A stretch of DNA of 64,000 bases from Kiritimatiellia bacterium (GTDB lineage: Bacteria > Verrucomicrobiota > Kiritimatiellia > UBA8416 > JABMPJ01), in NCBI GenBank assembly GCA_016783675.1, contig JADHWE010000005.1, forward strand, positions 2,878 through 66,877, in the 5' to 3' direction. The notes beneath the pieces were generated by a model. That model was not told the origin of the DNA. It saw only the letters and a list, made by a program, of their open reading frames with translations, and searched no databases. The position numbers and the translations under genes were made by a program. How positions within the stretch are numbered: the first letter of the stretch is position 1; the number at the start of each line of letters is the position of its first letter. Shown one piece after another: positions 12,568 to 21,478 of this stretch.

Positions 12568-13842
12568 ATGGCTAGTTTTGTCATACAGGGCGGCAATCCG
12601 CTCTCAGGCGTGCATCGCGCGGCCGGAAACAAGAACGCCGTGCTGCCGATGCTGGCGGCCTGTGTTTTGACGGATGAGCCGGTCAAGCTGACCAATGTTC
12701 CCCTCATTCAGGATGTGCATACCATGCTCGCGATCCTGGATGCGCTGGGCGTCCAGGTCGACCGCAGGGGGCACACGGTAACGCTCTGTGCCCGCGGGAT
12801 CCGGCGGCGTAATCTGGACCCGAAGCTGTGCCACCGCGTTCGCTCGTCGATCCTCTTTGCCGGACCGATGGCGGCGCGCCACGGGCAGGTGACGCTGTCT
12901 GCTCCCGGCGGGGACGTGATTGGGCGCCGGCGTCTCGATACGCACGTTGAAGGACTGCGTCAGCTCGGCATTCGGATCGACACGTCCAACGGCTTTGCGT
13001 TCAAGCGCACCAAGCTTGCGCCGGCGCGTATCCTGTTGGATGAAGCCAGCGTGACGGCAACCGAGAACGTGCTCATGGCGGCGGTGTTGGTTCCGGGTCG
13101 CACCACCATCTTTAATGCCGCCTGCGAGCCGCATGTGCAGGACCTGTGCCGCATGCTTTGCAGGATGGGTGCGCGCATAGATGGTATTGGAACGAACTAC
13201 CTGCAGATCGACGGCGTCGAGCGGTTGGGCGGCACATCACATCGCGTGCAGCCCGATACCGTTGATGCGGCCAGCTTCCTGGCCGCCGCCGTAGCGACGG
13301 GCGGGGAATTGAAGATCGAAGACCTTCCGGCGGACCAGTTTGACGTCATCTCGCGGCCATTCTCCAAGCTTGGGATCACGTGGAGCATCGAAGGACGCAC
13401 ACTGACGCTTCCGGCTAAGCAACGCCTGCGCGTGCAGGACGATCTCGGGGCGGCGATCCCCAAGGTGGAAGATGGTATCTGGCCCGCGTTTCCGTCCGAC
13501 CTGATGAGCGTGGTATTGATCCTCGCCACGCAGGCACGCGGCACCGTGCTCTTCTTTGAAAAGCTCTTTGAAAGCCGCATGTATTTCGTCGACCGTCTAA
13601 TTGCGATGGGTGCGCGCGTGGTACAGTGCGATCCCCACCGCGTGATTGTTTCGGGACCGGCACATCTTCACGGGATTCATATGTCGAGTCCGGACATCCG
13701 GGCGGGAATGGGTCTGCTCATCGCCGCGTTGTGTGCCAAGGGTGAGAGCGTGATCGATAACGCCGACATCATCGACCGCGGCTACGAAGGCATTGAAAAC
13801 AAGCTGCGCAAGCTCGGCGCAGACATTGTGCGGCGTAAGTAG
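12568..13842 (+). CDS. murA: UDP-N-acetylglucosamine 1-carboxyvinyltransferase
   Basis: 424 aa. FVIQGGNPLSGVHRAAGNKNAVLPMLAA, the loop APGGDVIGRRRLD, and the overall EPSP/MurA-fold pattern. Confidence 0.96.
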   Translation: MASFVIQGGNPLSGVHRAAGNKNAVLPMLAACVLTDEPVKLTNVPLIQDVHTMLAILDALGVQVDRRGHTVTLCARGIRRRNLDPKLCHRVRSSILFAGPMAARHGQVTLSAPGGDVIGRRRLDTHVEGLRQLGIRIDTSNGFAFKRTKLAPARILLDEASVTATENVLMAAVLVPGRTTIFNAACEPHVQDLCRMLCRMGARIDGIGTNYLQIDGVERLGGTSHRVQPDTVDAASFLAAAVATGGELKIEDLPADQFDVISRPFSKLGITWSIEGRTLTLPAKQRLRVQDDLGAAIPKVEDGIWPAFPSDLMSVVLILATQARGTVLFFEKLFESRMYFVDRLIAMGARVVQCDPHRVIVSGPAHLHGIHMSSPDIRAGMGLLIAALCAKGESVIDNADIIDRGYEGIENKLRKLGADIVRRK

Positions 13843-13863
13843 GGTCTACGGGTGTAGAAAGAG

Positions 13864-13909
13864 GAAGGGCGAGTTCTCCAAACAGGTGGAGGCCTCGCCC
13901 TTCTTTATT
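13864..13909. terminator. Bidirectional intrinsic-terminator-like hairpin between convergent murA and the Spy-like gene
   Basis: GAAGGGCGAG (13864-13873) pairs with CTCGCCCTTC (13894-13903), followed by TTTATT. Confidence 0.6.
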
Positions 13910-13923
13910 GCCGGCAGACGGAT

Positions 13924-14625
13924 CTATTCTTCGTCCGCTTTTGGCTCGGCTTTCTTCCTCTTGGCCGACCTGTCCTTCTTACTCTTCCGGCGCTCAGTCT
14001 GATCGCACTCGGGCTTGCCCGGCTTCTTCGCTTCGTCGCCGCGACGCTTGGCCCACTCTTGGCGATGCTTCGCCATGCGCTCGTGCATCATCTTCCGGGA
14101 TTTTTCGAGCTGTTCTTCGGTCAACGTCTTCTTTACCAGTAGGATCGGCTGGATGCGAAGCTTGGCCATCTTGGTGCGGATCTTGCCAGTCTTGTCGATG
14201 GCCTTCATCACCGCCTTCTCGTCGACTTCGCCCTTGGCGGAGAGCAGTTCGGCCTGTTCCTTGCCGGCTGCTTCCAGCTTCTTACGCAGGGCCTCTTCCT
14301 GCTTCTTGACCTTTGCGATGCCCTTTTTCAGCGCGGTGACTTGCTTGGCCTCGAGCTTCAGCTCCTTCGCCATTTCATCTTCGAGCATCTTCTCGATGAA
14401 CCGGCCCGGGCCACCCTGGGGGTGTCCGCCCCCATGACCACCCCCGGGACCGCCGGGTCGACGGAATCCTCCGCCGGGGCCGCCGGCACCTTGTCCCGGG
14501 CCACCCGGACCGCGAAGTTCACGCTTCTGGCATTCACCGCCCTCGTTGGGACGTTCTGCGATTGCCGGCGCCGCAACCAGGATGGCCAGAGCCACCATTA
14601 CGATGCTTACAGATACCTGTTTCAT
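13924..14625 (-). CDS. Periplasmic Spy/CpxP-like (LTxxQ) protein with a Gly/Pro-rich segment
   Basis: The track ORF starts at 14808. The ATG at 14625 is preceded by GGGAGGTG and gives the signal peptide MKQVSVSIVMVALAILVAAPAIA. LTEEQLEKSRKMM is an LTxxQ motif. Helical, Lys/Glu-rich. GPGGPGQGAGGPGGGFRRPGGPGGGHGGGH low-complexity stretch. Confidence 0.55.
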   Translation of the reverse strand: MKQVSVSIVMVALAILVAAPAIAERPNEGGECQKRELRGPGGPGQGAGGPGGGFRRPGGPGGGHGGGHPQGGPGRFIEKMLEDEMAKELKLEAKQVTALKKGIAKVKKQEEALRKKLEAAGKEQAELLSAKGEVDEKAVMKAIDKTGKIRTKMAKLRIQPILLVKKTLTEEQLEKSRKMMHERMAKHRQEWAKRRGDEAKKPGKPECDQTERRKSKKDRSAKRKKAEPKADEE

Positions 14626-14707
14626 TCTACACCTCCCATGTGTGTGTGGTTTTGAGGTCCATTCCTCAGTGCAGCCATACAACGATGGCAGGGGAGAATT
14701 TATTGCA

Positions 14708-15052
14708 TCACACCTGGATTGCCCAGGTTGACGCCAGCCAGGAAAGGAGCTCTGACTCGCCATGGTTGACCGACGGTGTGGCCACCGCCTCTTGCCATAC
14801 GGTTCCATAGATGAGTTCCCGCACCTCTTGGTTCTCTACCGTCTGCAGGAAGGCCTTGAGGGCGTCCAAATCGGCGAAGCGGTTGTCCGCATCCTCGAGA
14901 ACGGCGCGGTACATTTCCTCACCAATCACAGCGACGATGTCGGACAGCACAGCCTGTTCCGGTTCGCTCACGGTTTTATCGGCCATTACCACAGCTTCAA
15001 GAAGCCCAACCAGCCCAACCAGTTGCTCATGTGTCAGCTCAGAAATCGTCAT
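14708..15052 (-). CDS. Small acidic protein, possibly TerB-like
   Basis: 114-aa ORF. The pattern LLEAVVMADKTVSEPEQAVLSDIV resembles TerB/DjlA-N type helical domains. The product call is weak. Confidence 0.45.
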   Translation of the reverse strand: MTISELTHEQLVGLVGLLEAVVMADKTVSEPEQAVLSDIVAVIGEEMYRAVLEDADNRFADLDALKAFLQTVENQEVRELIYGTVWQEAVATPSVNHGESELLSWLASTWAIQV

Positions 15053-15371
15053 ATCTCTTGTCTCCTTGACCTCCTTTTTAACACCCTGTCCAGGTCAGCA
15101 CAAGGGAAGAGAAGCGGGTTATGAACACGGGGTGTCTCATATTCTCATCCGCTCCTTTCAGCACCTTCGTAACCCGTTCTTTTCAAAGCGGTTTCACTTC
15201 CGGAACTGCCTGTTAATAACCTGTGAATATGTTTTAATAATTTTCCCTTGTTAGAAACCTCGCTTTCGTGTGGACTGTGAGCATTCCGCAACGGAAAAAT
15301 TCAGGAGCGCAGCCTTGTTTTTCTTCTCCAATTACGGCACACTGCGCGAGGTTTTTTGATAGGAAAACGCG

Positions 15372-16742
15372 GTGAAACAAGCGACAGCACAAGTAATTTG
15401 GAAGAAAGCCTGCAAACACCTTGAGTCGGTGTTGCATCCTGATGTTTACGAGCGTTGGATCGCCGTAATCGAGGCCCACGACCTGGAAGATCAGGCCCTC
15501 ACATTGGCTGTTGATAACGACTTCTACCAGACGTGGTTAGAGGAAAACTATCTTCCCCTCATCCGTGATGCATTGACCGCTGTTGATGGTGACTCCTACA
15601 CCATTTCTTTTGTGGTTCAGCCCCGCGCAAGCAAGCAGGATCCCGAAGCTTCTGCCCCGCGGCGCCGCACCATCCGTGAGCGTTTGCGGAAGCCGCACAT
15701 TGAAGGCGCGCTGAATTCCAAGTTCACGTTTGATCGTTTCATCGTCGGGTCATCGAACAACTTCGCGCACGCGGCGTCCCTGGCGGTTGCCCAAGCGCCG
15801 GCGCGCGCCTATAATCCGCTCTTCATCTACGGTGATGTCGGTCTTGGAAAGACCCACCTCATGCAGGCGATCGGCCATCACGTACTGGGGAGCGCGCGCG
15901 CCTCGGTCTGTTACATGTCGTCCGAGACCATGCTCAATGAGTACATCAGCGCCCTGCAGAACCGCAGCCTGGTCAGCTTCCGCAAGAAGTACCGCAATAC
16001 CGATCTACTCCTGATCGACGATATCCATTTCCTCGCCGGTAAGGAGCGCATCCAGGAAGAGTTCTTCCACACCTTCAATGCGCTTTTTGATTCGCATAAG
16101 CAGATCGTTATGACCAGTGATCGTCCTGCCAGCGAAATTGCCGGCTTGGAACAGCGCCTCGTATCCCGCTTCGAATGGGGTCTGGTGACCGAGCTGGAGC
16201 CGCCTGACTTCGAAACACGCGTGGCCATTCTCCGCAATAAGCAGGAACAGGCCGATGCCGACGTCGATGATGAGATCATCCAGTTTATAGCCGAACACGT
16301 CCGCTCGAACATCCGCCGGCTTGAGGGTGCCCTCGTACGCGCGCTCTCATATGCCTCTCTGACCGGGCGGGACCTGACGATTGACACGTTGCGCTATCTC
16401 CTGCGTGACGCGCTCGATACCGAGGAGACAGAGGATCTCTCGCTCGAAGGTATTCAGAAGGTCGTTGCCGAGCATTACGACATACGCCTTGCCGACATGA
16501 CAAGCACCCGCCGACCGCGTTCGATCGCGGTGCCGCGTCAGGTTGCGATGTATCTCTGCCGGACACTCACCCCGGCGTCTCTGCCGGACATTGCGAACGC
16601 GTTCAGCAAGACACACGCCACCGTGCTTCACGCCTACCGGTCGGTCGACAGCCGGATGGAAGTCGATACCGATCTGCGCGGTTCTGTTTCCACGCTTGCC
16701 CGTCGCCTTGGTCGATCGCTTCCGGCACATGTAGACGGCTGA
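15372..16742 (+). CDS. dnaA: Chromosomal replication initiator protein DnaA
   Basis: 456 aa, GTG start. Walker A GDVGLGKTHLMQAIGH, LLIDDIHFLAGKE, sensor/box VII region SNIRRLEGAL, and C-terminal DNA-binding AFSKTHATVLHA. Confidence 0.97.
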   Translation: MKQATAQVIWKKACKHLESVLHPDVYERWIAVIEAHDLEDQALTLAVDNDFYQTWLEENYLPLIRDALTAVDGDSYTISFVVQPRASKQDPEASAPRRRTIRERLRKPHIEGALNSKFTFDRFIVGSSNNFAHAASLAVAQAPARAYNPLFIYGDVGLGKTHLMQAIGHHVLGSARASVCYMSSETMLNEYISALQNRSLVSFRKKYRNTDLLLIDDIHFLAGKERIQEEFFHTFNALFDSHKQIVMTSDRPASEIAGLEQRLVSRFEWGLVTELEPPDFETRVAILRNKQEQADADVDDEIIQFIAEHVRSNIRRLEGALVRALSYASLTGRDLTIDTLRYLLRDALDTEETEDLSLEGIQKVVAEHYDIRLADMTSTRRPRSIAVPRQVAMYLCRTLTPASLPDIANAFSKTHATVLHAYRSVDSRMEVDTDLRGSVSTLARRLGRSLPAHVDG

Positions 16743-17032
16743 TGAAACCTATTAACACTGCCATGTTCACTGCCATGTCAATAACCTGTAAACACTGTTG
16801 CTTTCCGGGTGCGCTGTTAACGAGCGTTCACAACCGCTCCTCTTATCAACAGTTCATTCACAAGCCTTATGGTCCGCTTTCACTATACAGGCCGTGTTTT
16901 TCTCCAGTTAGTGACACTGTTGACATCACATACTAATACTGATACCTACATATATATAAAGGGTTCTTAATATAGAGCCTGTAAAGAACTCGCCTTTCTT
17001 CGCGGGAAGGCGAGAGCACGAGGAAGAAGCAC
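16743..17032. other. Candidate oriC module (DnaA-box-like 9-mers plus AT-rich unwinding region) in the dnaA-dnaN spacer
   Basis: TTATCAACA (16843-16851) and TCATTCACA (16854-16862) each have 1 mismatch to TTATNCACA. AT-rich stretch at 16931-16975 (TACTAATACTGATACCTACATATATATAAAG...). Tandem CACTGCCATGT x2 at 16756-16778. AATAACCTGTRAA occurs here (16780-16792) and upstream of dnaA (15215-15227). Confidence 0.5.
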
Positions 17033-18127
17033 ATGAAGATTGCGCTACCAAAATCAGATCTGCTTGAAGGCCTGCAGGCCGTTCAGAACGTTGTCAGTAT
17101 TCGCACGACGCTTCCCATTCTCTCGAACGTCCTGCTCCAGGCCGAGAAGGGCAAGCTCACCCTGACGACCACCGACCTCGATGTCAGCATCCAGTGCACC
17201 ATCGACGCCAAGGTAGGCAAAGGCGGGGCCACCACGCTGCCGGCGCGTCGCCTCTCCAGCATTGTACGCGAGCTGCCCTCTACCGAGATCGAAGTCGAGG
17301 TGGACGACAAGGATACGGCCCAGGTTCAGTGTGGGTCGTCGTTCTTCAGGATCATGGGGCTCTCCGAGGAGGAGTTCCCGCCGATTTCCAAGGCCGAAGG
17401 GAAGTTCTGCTACACGCTCGACCAGGGCGCCTTCCGCGAGATGTTGAGGAAGACGGCCTATGCGGCGTCGACCGACGAGACCCGCTTCGTACTGAACGGC
17501 GTTTTCCTGAGCTTCAAGGATAGCAAGTTGGTTATGGTAGCGACGGACGGGCGGCGCCTGGCGCTGGTCGAACACGAGGTCGAGTTTCCGGCCGAAGCCG
17601 AAGTGGACATGATTCTGCCGTCGAAGGTCGCGACCGAACTGATGCACACGCTCGATGAGAGCGGCGAGCTTCGGATCCACACGAAAGAGAACCGGGTCAT
17701 GTTCGAGTTCGGGAACGTCGTGGTGTCGTCCAAGCTGATCGAAGGCACCTATCCGAATTACCGCCAGGTCATTCCGTCGCAGTGCGAGGAGCGTATTGCG
17801 GTGGAGCGCGAGGGACTGCTGACCGCACTCAAGCGTGTGTCGTTAGTCACGACGGAGAAAGCCACGGCCACGCACCTGACGTTTGGGAAGAACCAGGTTG
17901 TGGTGTCGATGACGACTCCGGATGTCGGTGAGGCGCGGGAAACGCTGCCGATCAAGTATACGGGCAAAGAGCTGCACGTCGCGTTTAACCCCGAGTACAT
18001 GATCGATCCGCTCAAGAATCTCGCGCAGGATGAGATCTTCATGGAGCTGACCGACGATCTGAGCCCGGGTGTCATGAAGTGCGACATCCCGTTCCTCTAC
18101 GTGCTTATGCCGATGCGTGTAAGCTAG
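17033..18127 (+). CDS. dnaN: DNA polymerase III beta subunit (sliding clamp)
   Basis: 364 aa, typical three-domain clamp sequence (LPILSNVLLQAEKGKLTLTTTDLDVSI..., LIEGTYPNYRQVIP). Immediately downstream of dnaA. Confidence 0.96.
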   Translation: MKIALPKSDLLEGLQAVQNVVSIRTTLPILSNVLLQAEKGKLTLTTTDLDVSIQCTIDAKVGKGGATTLPARRLSSIVRELPSTEIEVEVDDKDTAQVQCGSSFFRIMGLSEEEFPPISKAEGKFCYTLDQGAFREMLRKTAYAASTDETRFVLNGVFLSFKDSKLVMVATDGRRLALVEHEVEFPAEAEVDMILPSKVATELMHTLDESGELRIHTKENRVMFEFGNVVVSSKLIEGTYPNYRQVIPSQCEERIAVEREGLLTALKRVSLVTTEKATATHLTFGKNQVVVSMTTPDVGEARETLPIKYTGKELHVAFNPEYMIDPLKNLAQDEIFMELTDDLSPGVMKCDIPFLYVLMPMRVS

Positions 18128-18182
18128 AGGGGTTGACACAACTCAAGTCATCCGGCTATTCTTCCCCGCTCATGTTTCGCGC

Positions 18183-18256
18183 TGCCCGATGGTGTAATGG
18201 TAGCACGACAGTCTCTGGAACTGTTTGTCTAGGTTCGAGTCCTAGTCGGGCAACCA
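18183..18256 (+). tRNA. tRNA-Gln (anticodon CTG)
   Basis: Folded by hand. Acceptor TGCCCGA/TCGGGCA, D arm GTGT-AATGGTA-GCAC, anticodon stem ACAGT/ACTGT with loop CTCTGGA, T arm CTAGG-TTCGAGT-CCTAG, encoded CCA. 74 nt. Confidence 0.9.
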
Positions 18257-18346
18257 CAGCGCGAAATGGTCTTCTGATTTTCCCTATACAACTGATCTGC
18301 TTGGGACCATAATCGGACGACTTCTGGACAGTAGGGAGGGCAAGCG

Positions 18347-19309
18347 ATGCATTTTCTGTTTTTGGCTCTATTTGTCATTGCATTCATACTATGCATCTGT
18401 GGTGAGATCATGTTCATCGTGGCCGCTTTCCGCGTGAGCGTGGTGTGGGGCCTGTGCGTGTTGTTTCTGGGGCCGGCGCAATTCATCTTCCTTATCATGC
18501 ACTGGGAGGAGGCCAAGAAAGCCTTCGGTGTAACGATGGTGGGCGTGCTTCTCGGGTTTGCCGCCATCTTCTCCGGTATGGGCAGCGGAGGGGCGGGGAT
18601 GGAAGGACTGGCGGAGACGCTCGCGTCGTCCGGTGTCGCCGAGGAACACCTTGAAGCCCTCCAGAAGATGGCGGAGGAGAATTTGGACTCCGGCGCAGAG
18701 GTGAAGAAAAAAGCCAAGCCGGTGAAAACGAGCAAACTGTTCGGAAAAGACCCTAAGAGCTTTGAAGGGGCAACACTTGCCGAGGTGCGCGACCAGTTGG
18801 GACGGCCCAAAGGGGAAATGAAGAGCGGAGGAGAGATCTGTCTGCTCTACGATCGTTTCTCCGTCTTTTCCGCCGATGGAGATACGGTCTCCCACGTGGA
18901 AGTAGGTGACGGACAGGTAACCGGTTCAGCCGCGGCTCCAAGGCGAAGAGCCAAAGCGCCATCCACGGGAGGAAGTCGCGGTTCTGCCGTGCGCATGATC
19001 TCGAATGGTGGTCAGCGTATCGATATGAAGCAAGTGCTGGTGCCGGGGAAGATCACCGTGGTGGATTTCTACGCCGACTGGTGTGGGCCCTGTAAGCGCA
19101 TGGGACCGCAGCTCGAGCAGCTCGCCCGATCCGATCCGGATGTCGCGCTCTGCAAGGTTGATATTGTCAACTGGAACACGCCGGTCGTGAAACAGTTCGG
19201 GATTCGGAGCGTTCCAAACATCCGAGTATACGACCGCAACGGTGGGGCCGTCGGCAATCCGACCTCAGGCCTCGGTCCCGTCAAGCAGAGCATAGAACGC
19301 GCGCGTTAA
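18347..19309 (+). CDS. Membrane-anchored thioredoxin-domain protein
   Basis: 320 aa. Three N-terminal hydrophobic segments. C-terminal thioredoxin fold with VVDFYADWCGPCKRMGP (WCGPC active site). Confidence 0.8.
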   Translation: MHFLFLALFVIAFILCICGEIMFIVAAFRVSVVWGLCVLFLGPAQFIFLIMHWEEAKKAFGVTMVGVLLGFAAIFSGMGSGGAGMEGLAETLASSGVAEEHLEALQKMAEENLDSGAEVKKKAKPVKTSKLFGKDPKSFEGATLAEVRDQLGRPKGEMKSGGEICLLYDRFSVFSADGDTVSHVEVGDGQVTGSAAAPRRRAKAPSTGGSRGSAVRMISNGGQRIDMKQVLVPGKITVVDFYADWCGPCKRMGPQLEQLARSDPDVALCKVDIVNWNTPVVKQFGIRSVPNIRVYDRNGGAVGNPTSGLGPVKQSIERAR

Positions 19310-19913
19310 GCGCTTCTGCGACGGCCAACCAGTCTTCGCAACGTACCACCTGTCCGTGCGTACCCGACAGGTTCAGGCTACGGTTCCAAGGGCGGTCGAG
19401 AACCGCCAGCGGAATATCCGTCTCCCGGATGAGAAACTCGATCATGGCGGGCGCATCCTCTACAGCGAGCGCAAACCCCATATCTGTAAGATATTGAGGC
19501 ACAACCACTTCCGCTCCTACTTGGTGGGAGGGGGCCCGTCCGTACTTGTCGACGAATAGAATGCGATCATAGGGTACACCGTGGCGCTCGAGCCACTCAT
19601 GACAGACCGGCTCGGTCTCCGGCGGCCGTCCTGTCACCACGACGGGCCGAATTCCGCGCCGGTCCCAATCGGCCAACACGTCCAACACGCCTGGCATCGG
19701 CGCCATGATGCGGAGAATATCCGGATCGTGAATCAGACCCATCAGGTAGTCGTACTCCTCCTGGTTCAGGTGAAACGACTTCTCCAGGTCGAAAAAATGA
19801 ATATCTTCAAAGGCGTATCGCCGCCCAAACTCACGCTCGACTACGTCGAGAAACGCATGCGCGGTCTCGCATAAGACGTCATCAAAATCGACATAAACGA
19901 GCGGGGCACTCAC
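19281..19913 (-). CDS. HAD-superfamily hydrolase, 5'(3')-deoxyribonucleotidase (NT5C)-like
   Basis: The track ORF runs to 20258, inside the upstream gene. The GTG at 19913 overlaps that gene's TGA (GTGA) and gives VSAPLVYVDFDDVLCET (the DxDxV/T HAD motif I). Confidence 0.65.
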   Translation of the reverse strand: MSAPLVYVDFDDVLCETAHAFLDVVEREFGRRYAFEDIHFFDLEKSFHLNQEEYDYLMGLIHDPDILRIMAPMPGVLDVLADWDRRGIRPVVVTGRPPETEPVCHEWLERHGVPYDRILFVDKYGRAPSHQVGAEVVVPQYLTDMGFALAVEDAPAMIEFLIRETDIPLAVLDRPWNRSLNLSGTHGQVVRCEDWLAVAEALNARVLCSA

Positions 19914-21253
19914 TCGACGGGCTCCTCTATGACCGAACCGGTTATCAGCTCGGGACGGCGATAGAGCGATGCCAGCCGGTCCGGGGACACACCCAACCGG
20001 TAACCCAACACGATAAGCTGGTTTATCAGGGTTGTGCGAAACACGCCGAGGCGGATCCAGCGGCGAGCGGAAGTCACCGCGGCTCGCCGCGCGAGACGAA
20101 TGCGCCCGCAGTTCCGAAGGCGGCACATCAACTCGAAGTCTTCCATGAGCGGTGTCACCGCAAAGCCCCCCATGGCGCGAAAACGCTCGGTACGCAGGAA
20201 AATAGCTTGGTCTCCGCAGGGAAGCCGGCACAGGCGAAACCGCCAGAGCGTCCCCCATTCAACCACGCGCCAGGCCAATCGCTCGCCTTCCAGTCGGAAA
20301 CGAAAGGCCCCGGCAATAACCTTTCTGAGAAGCGTCTGTTGGACATCAATCGCGAAGCGGTCTGGTAAAAGCGTATCCGCATGTAGAAAGAGAAGTACAT
20401 TCCCTGTTGCCGCCTGGGCCCCGACATTCATCTGGCAGGCGCGGTTTGGCGGCGCCGACAGCACGCGCGCGCCCTTGCCATAGGCCACGGTCCGCGTTCC
20501 ATCCCGACTTCCACCATCCACAACAATGACTTCGTGTGCATCCGACCGTATCCTGTCAATCGTAGCGCCAATCCGCTCGGCCTCGTTCCAGGCTGGGATC
20601 ACAACCGAGATACGGCATCCGCCGGCATGATGTTCAGGGCGCCCTGTGGTGCTTTCCCATACTGGGAGGTCATCCGGGAGGTCGACGTCGGCGAGAACAG
20701 GAAGGCGTGCAACACGAAGACCGAGTCTCTCCGCACGCACCAGCGTGTGCTGCAGCACCTCGGAACCGCCCCAGGCAATGCCATCGAACAGTGCGGGGTT
20801 CGGATGCTTCATCCCTATCAGGTAATAGCCACCATCCTGGGCCGGCCCGACAACGACATCGTACTCAAGCAGCTTGGAGAAGGTCTCGCCAAGTACCGCG
20901 GGCGTCAGACAGGGACAGTCCGTTCCAACGAGAACGACGCGTTCGTGGCGTGCACATTCTGTTTCGAACGCATGGGCCATGCGCTGACCGAGATCCCGAC
21001 CCCGTTGCCGCTGATAGCGGAGCCCCTGTCCCAGCCACTGGCGGAAGCGGGAGATGCGCGCCCCTGTGCCATAGACGGCGAGGGATACTTCCTGTTCACA
21101 GGCAACCTGGCGCGCTGTGAGCAGCGTATGGCCCGCCATACGGCGATGCAGTCGTGCGGCTCCGTGACGCCCCAAAGCAGGAATCAGGCGTGTCTTGCTC
21201 TTCCCGGGACGGGGATAGCGGGCAAATATGACAAGACAAGGAGACGTTTCCAC
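19910..21253 (-). CDS. Fusion protein: DUF2064 (MobA-like nucleotidyltransferase fold) plus family-2 glycosyltransferase
   Basis: 447 aa. N-terminal CLVIFARYPRPGKSKTRL is typical of DUF2064. The second half, ISVVIPAWNEAERIGATIDRI...VIVVDGGSRDGT, is a GT2 signature. Confidence 0.75.
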   Translation of the reverse strand: METSPCLVIFARYPRPGKSKTRLIPALGRHGAARLHRRMAGHTLLTARQVACEQEVSLAVYGTGARISRFRQWLGQGLRYQRQRGRDLGQRMAHAFETECARHERVVLVGTDCPCLTPAVLGETFSKLLEYDVVVGPAQDGGYYLIGMKHPNPALFDGIAWGGSEVLQHTLVRAERLGLRVARLPVLADVDLPDDLPVWESTTGRPEHHAGGCRISVVIPAWNEAERIGATIDRIRSDAHEVIVVDGGSRDGTRTVAYGKGARVLSAPPNRACQMNVGAQAATGNVLLFLHADTLLPDRFAIDVQQTLLRKVIAGAFRFRLEGERLAWRVVEWGTLWRFRLCRLPCGDQAIFLRTERFRAMGGFAVTPLMEDFELMCRLRNCGRIRLARRAAVTSARRWIRLGVFRTTLINQLIVLGYRLGVSPDRLASLYRRPELITGSVIEEPVE

Positions 21254-21333
21254 ACGATTCCTTCAGATAGGGCTTTGAGCATTCTGCAACCTTATCCTCC
21301 TGCGGGATAGCAGCATGTTCTTAGGACCAAAAT

Positions 21334-21459
21334 CAATATCCAACATTCAACAAGGAATGTCCAACTCCCAAGTGGGCGTGTACAGCGAATGGGGCGCTTT
21401 CAGACTGGCCATTCGCTACCTGCACGCACGTGGTCATTGGATTTAAGTGTTGGATATTG
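21334..21459. repeat. MITE/REP-like palindromic element, copy A (126 bp)
   Basis: Perfect 12-bp termini CAATATCCAACA (21334-21345) and TGTTGGATATTG (21448-21459). Internal stem GCGAATGG...CCATTCGC and the CTGCACGCAC box. Second copy at 59004-59132. Confidence 0.75.
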
Positions 21460-21478
21460 GATTTGAACCCGTCGCCCA

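Noticed and set aside
18183-18346. Integrative element at tRNA-Gln (and at tRNA-Asn, 38902-38976)
   Set aside because: There is no integrase, no direct repeat of the tRNA 3' end nearby and no obvious compositional break. The flanking genes are ordinary chromosomal genes.
18888-18903. Third parS-like site TCTCCCACGTGGAAGT inside the thioredoxin-domain gene
   Set aside because: It has four mismatches to the 16-mer found in mnmG and only the central CACGTG core is shared. It is probably a chance match.
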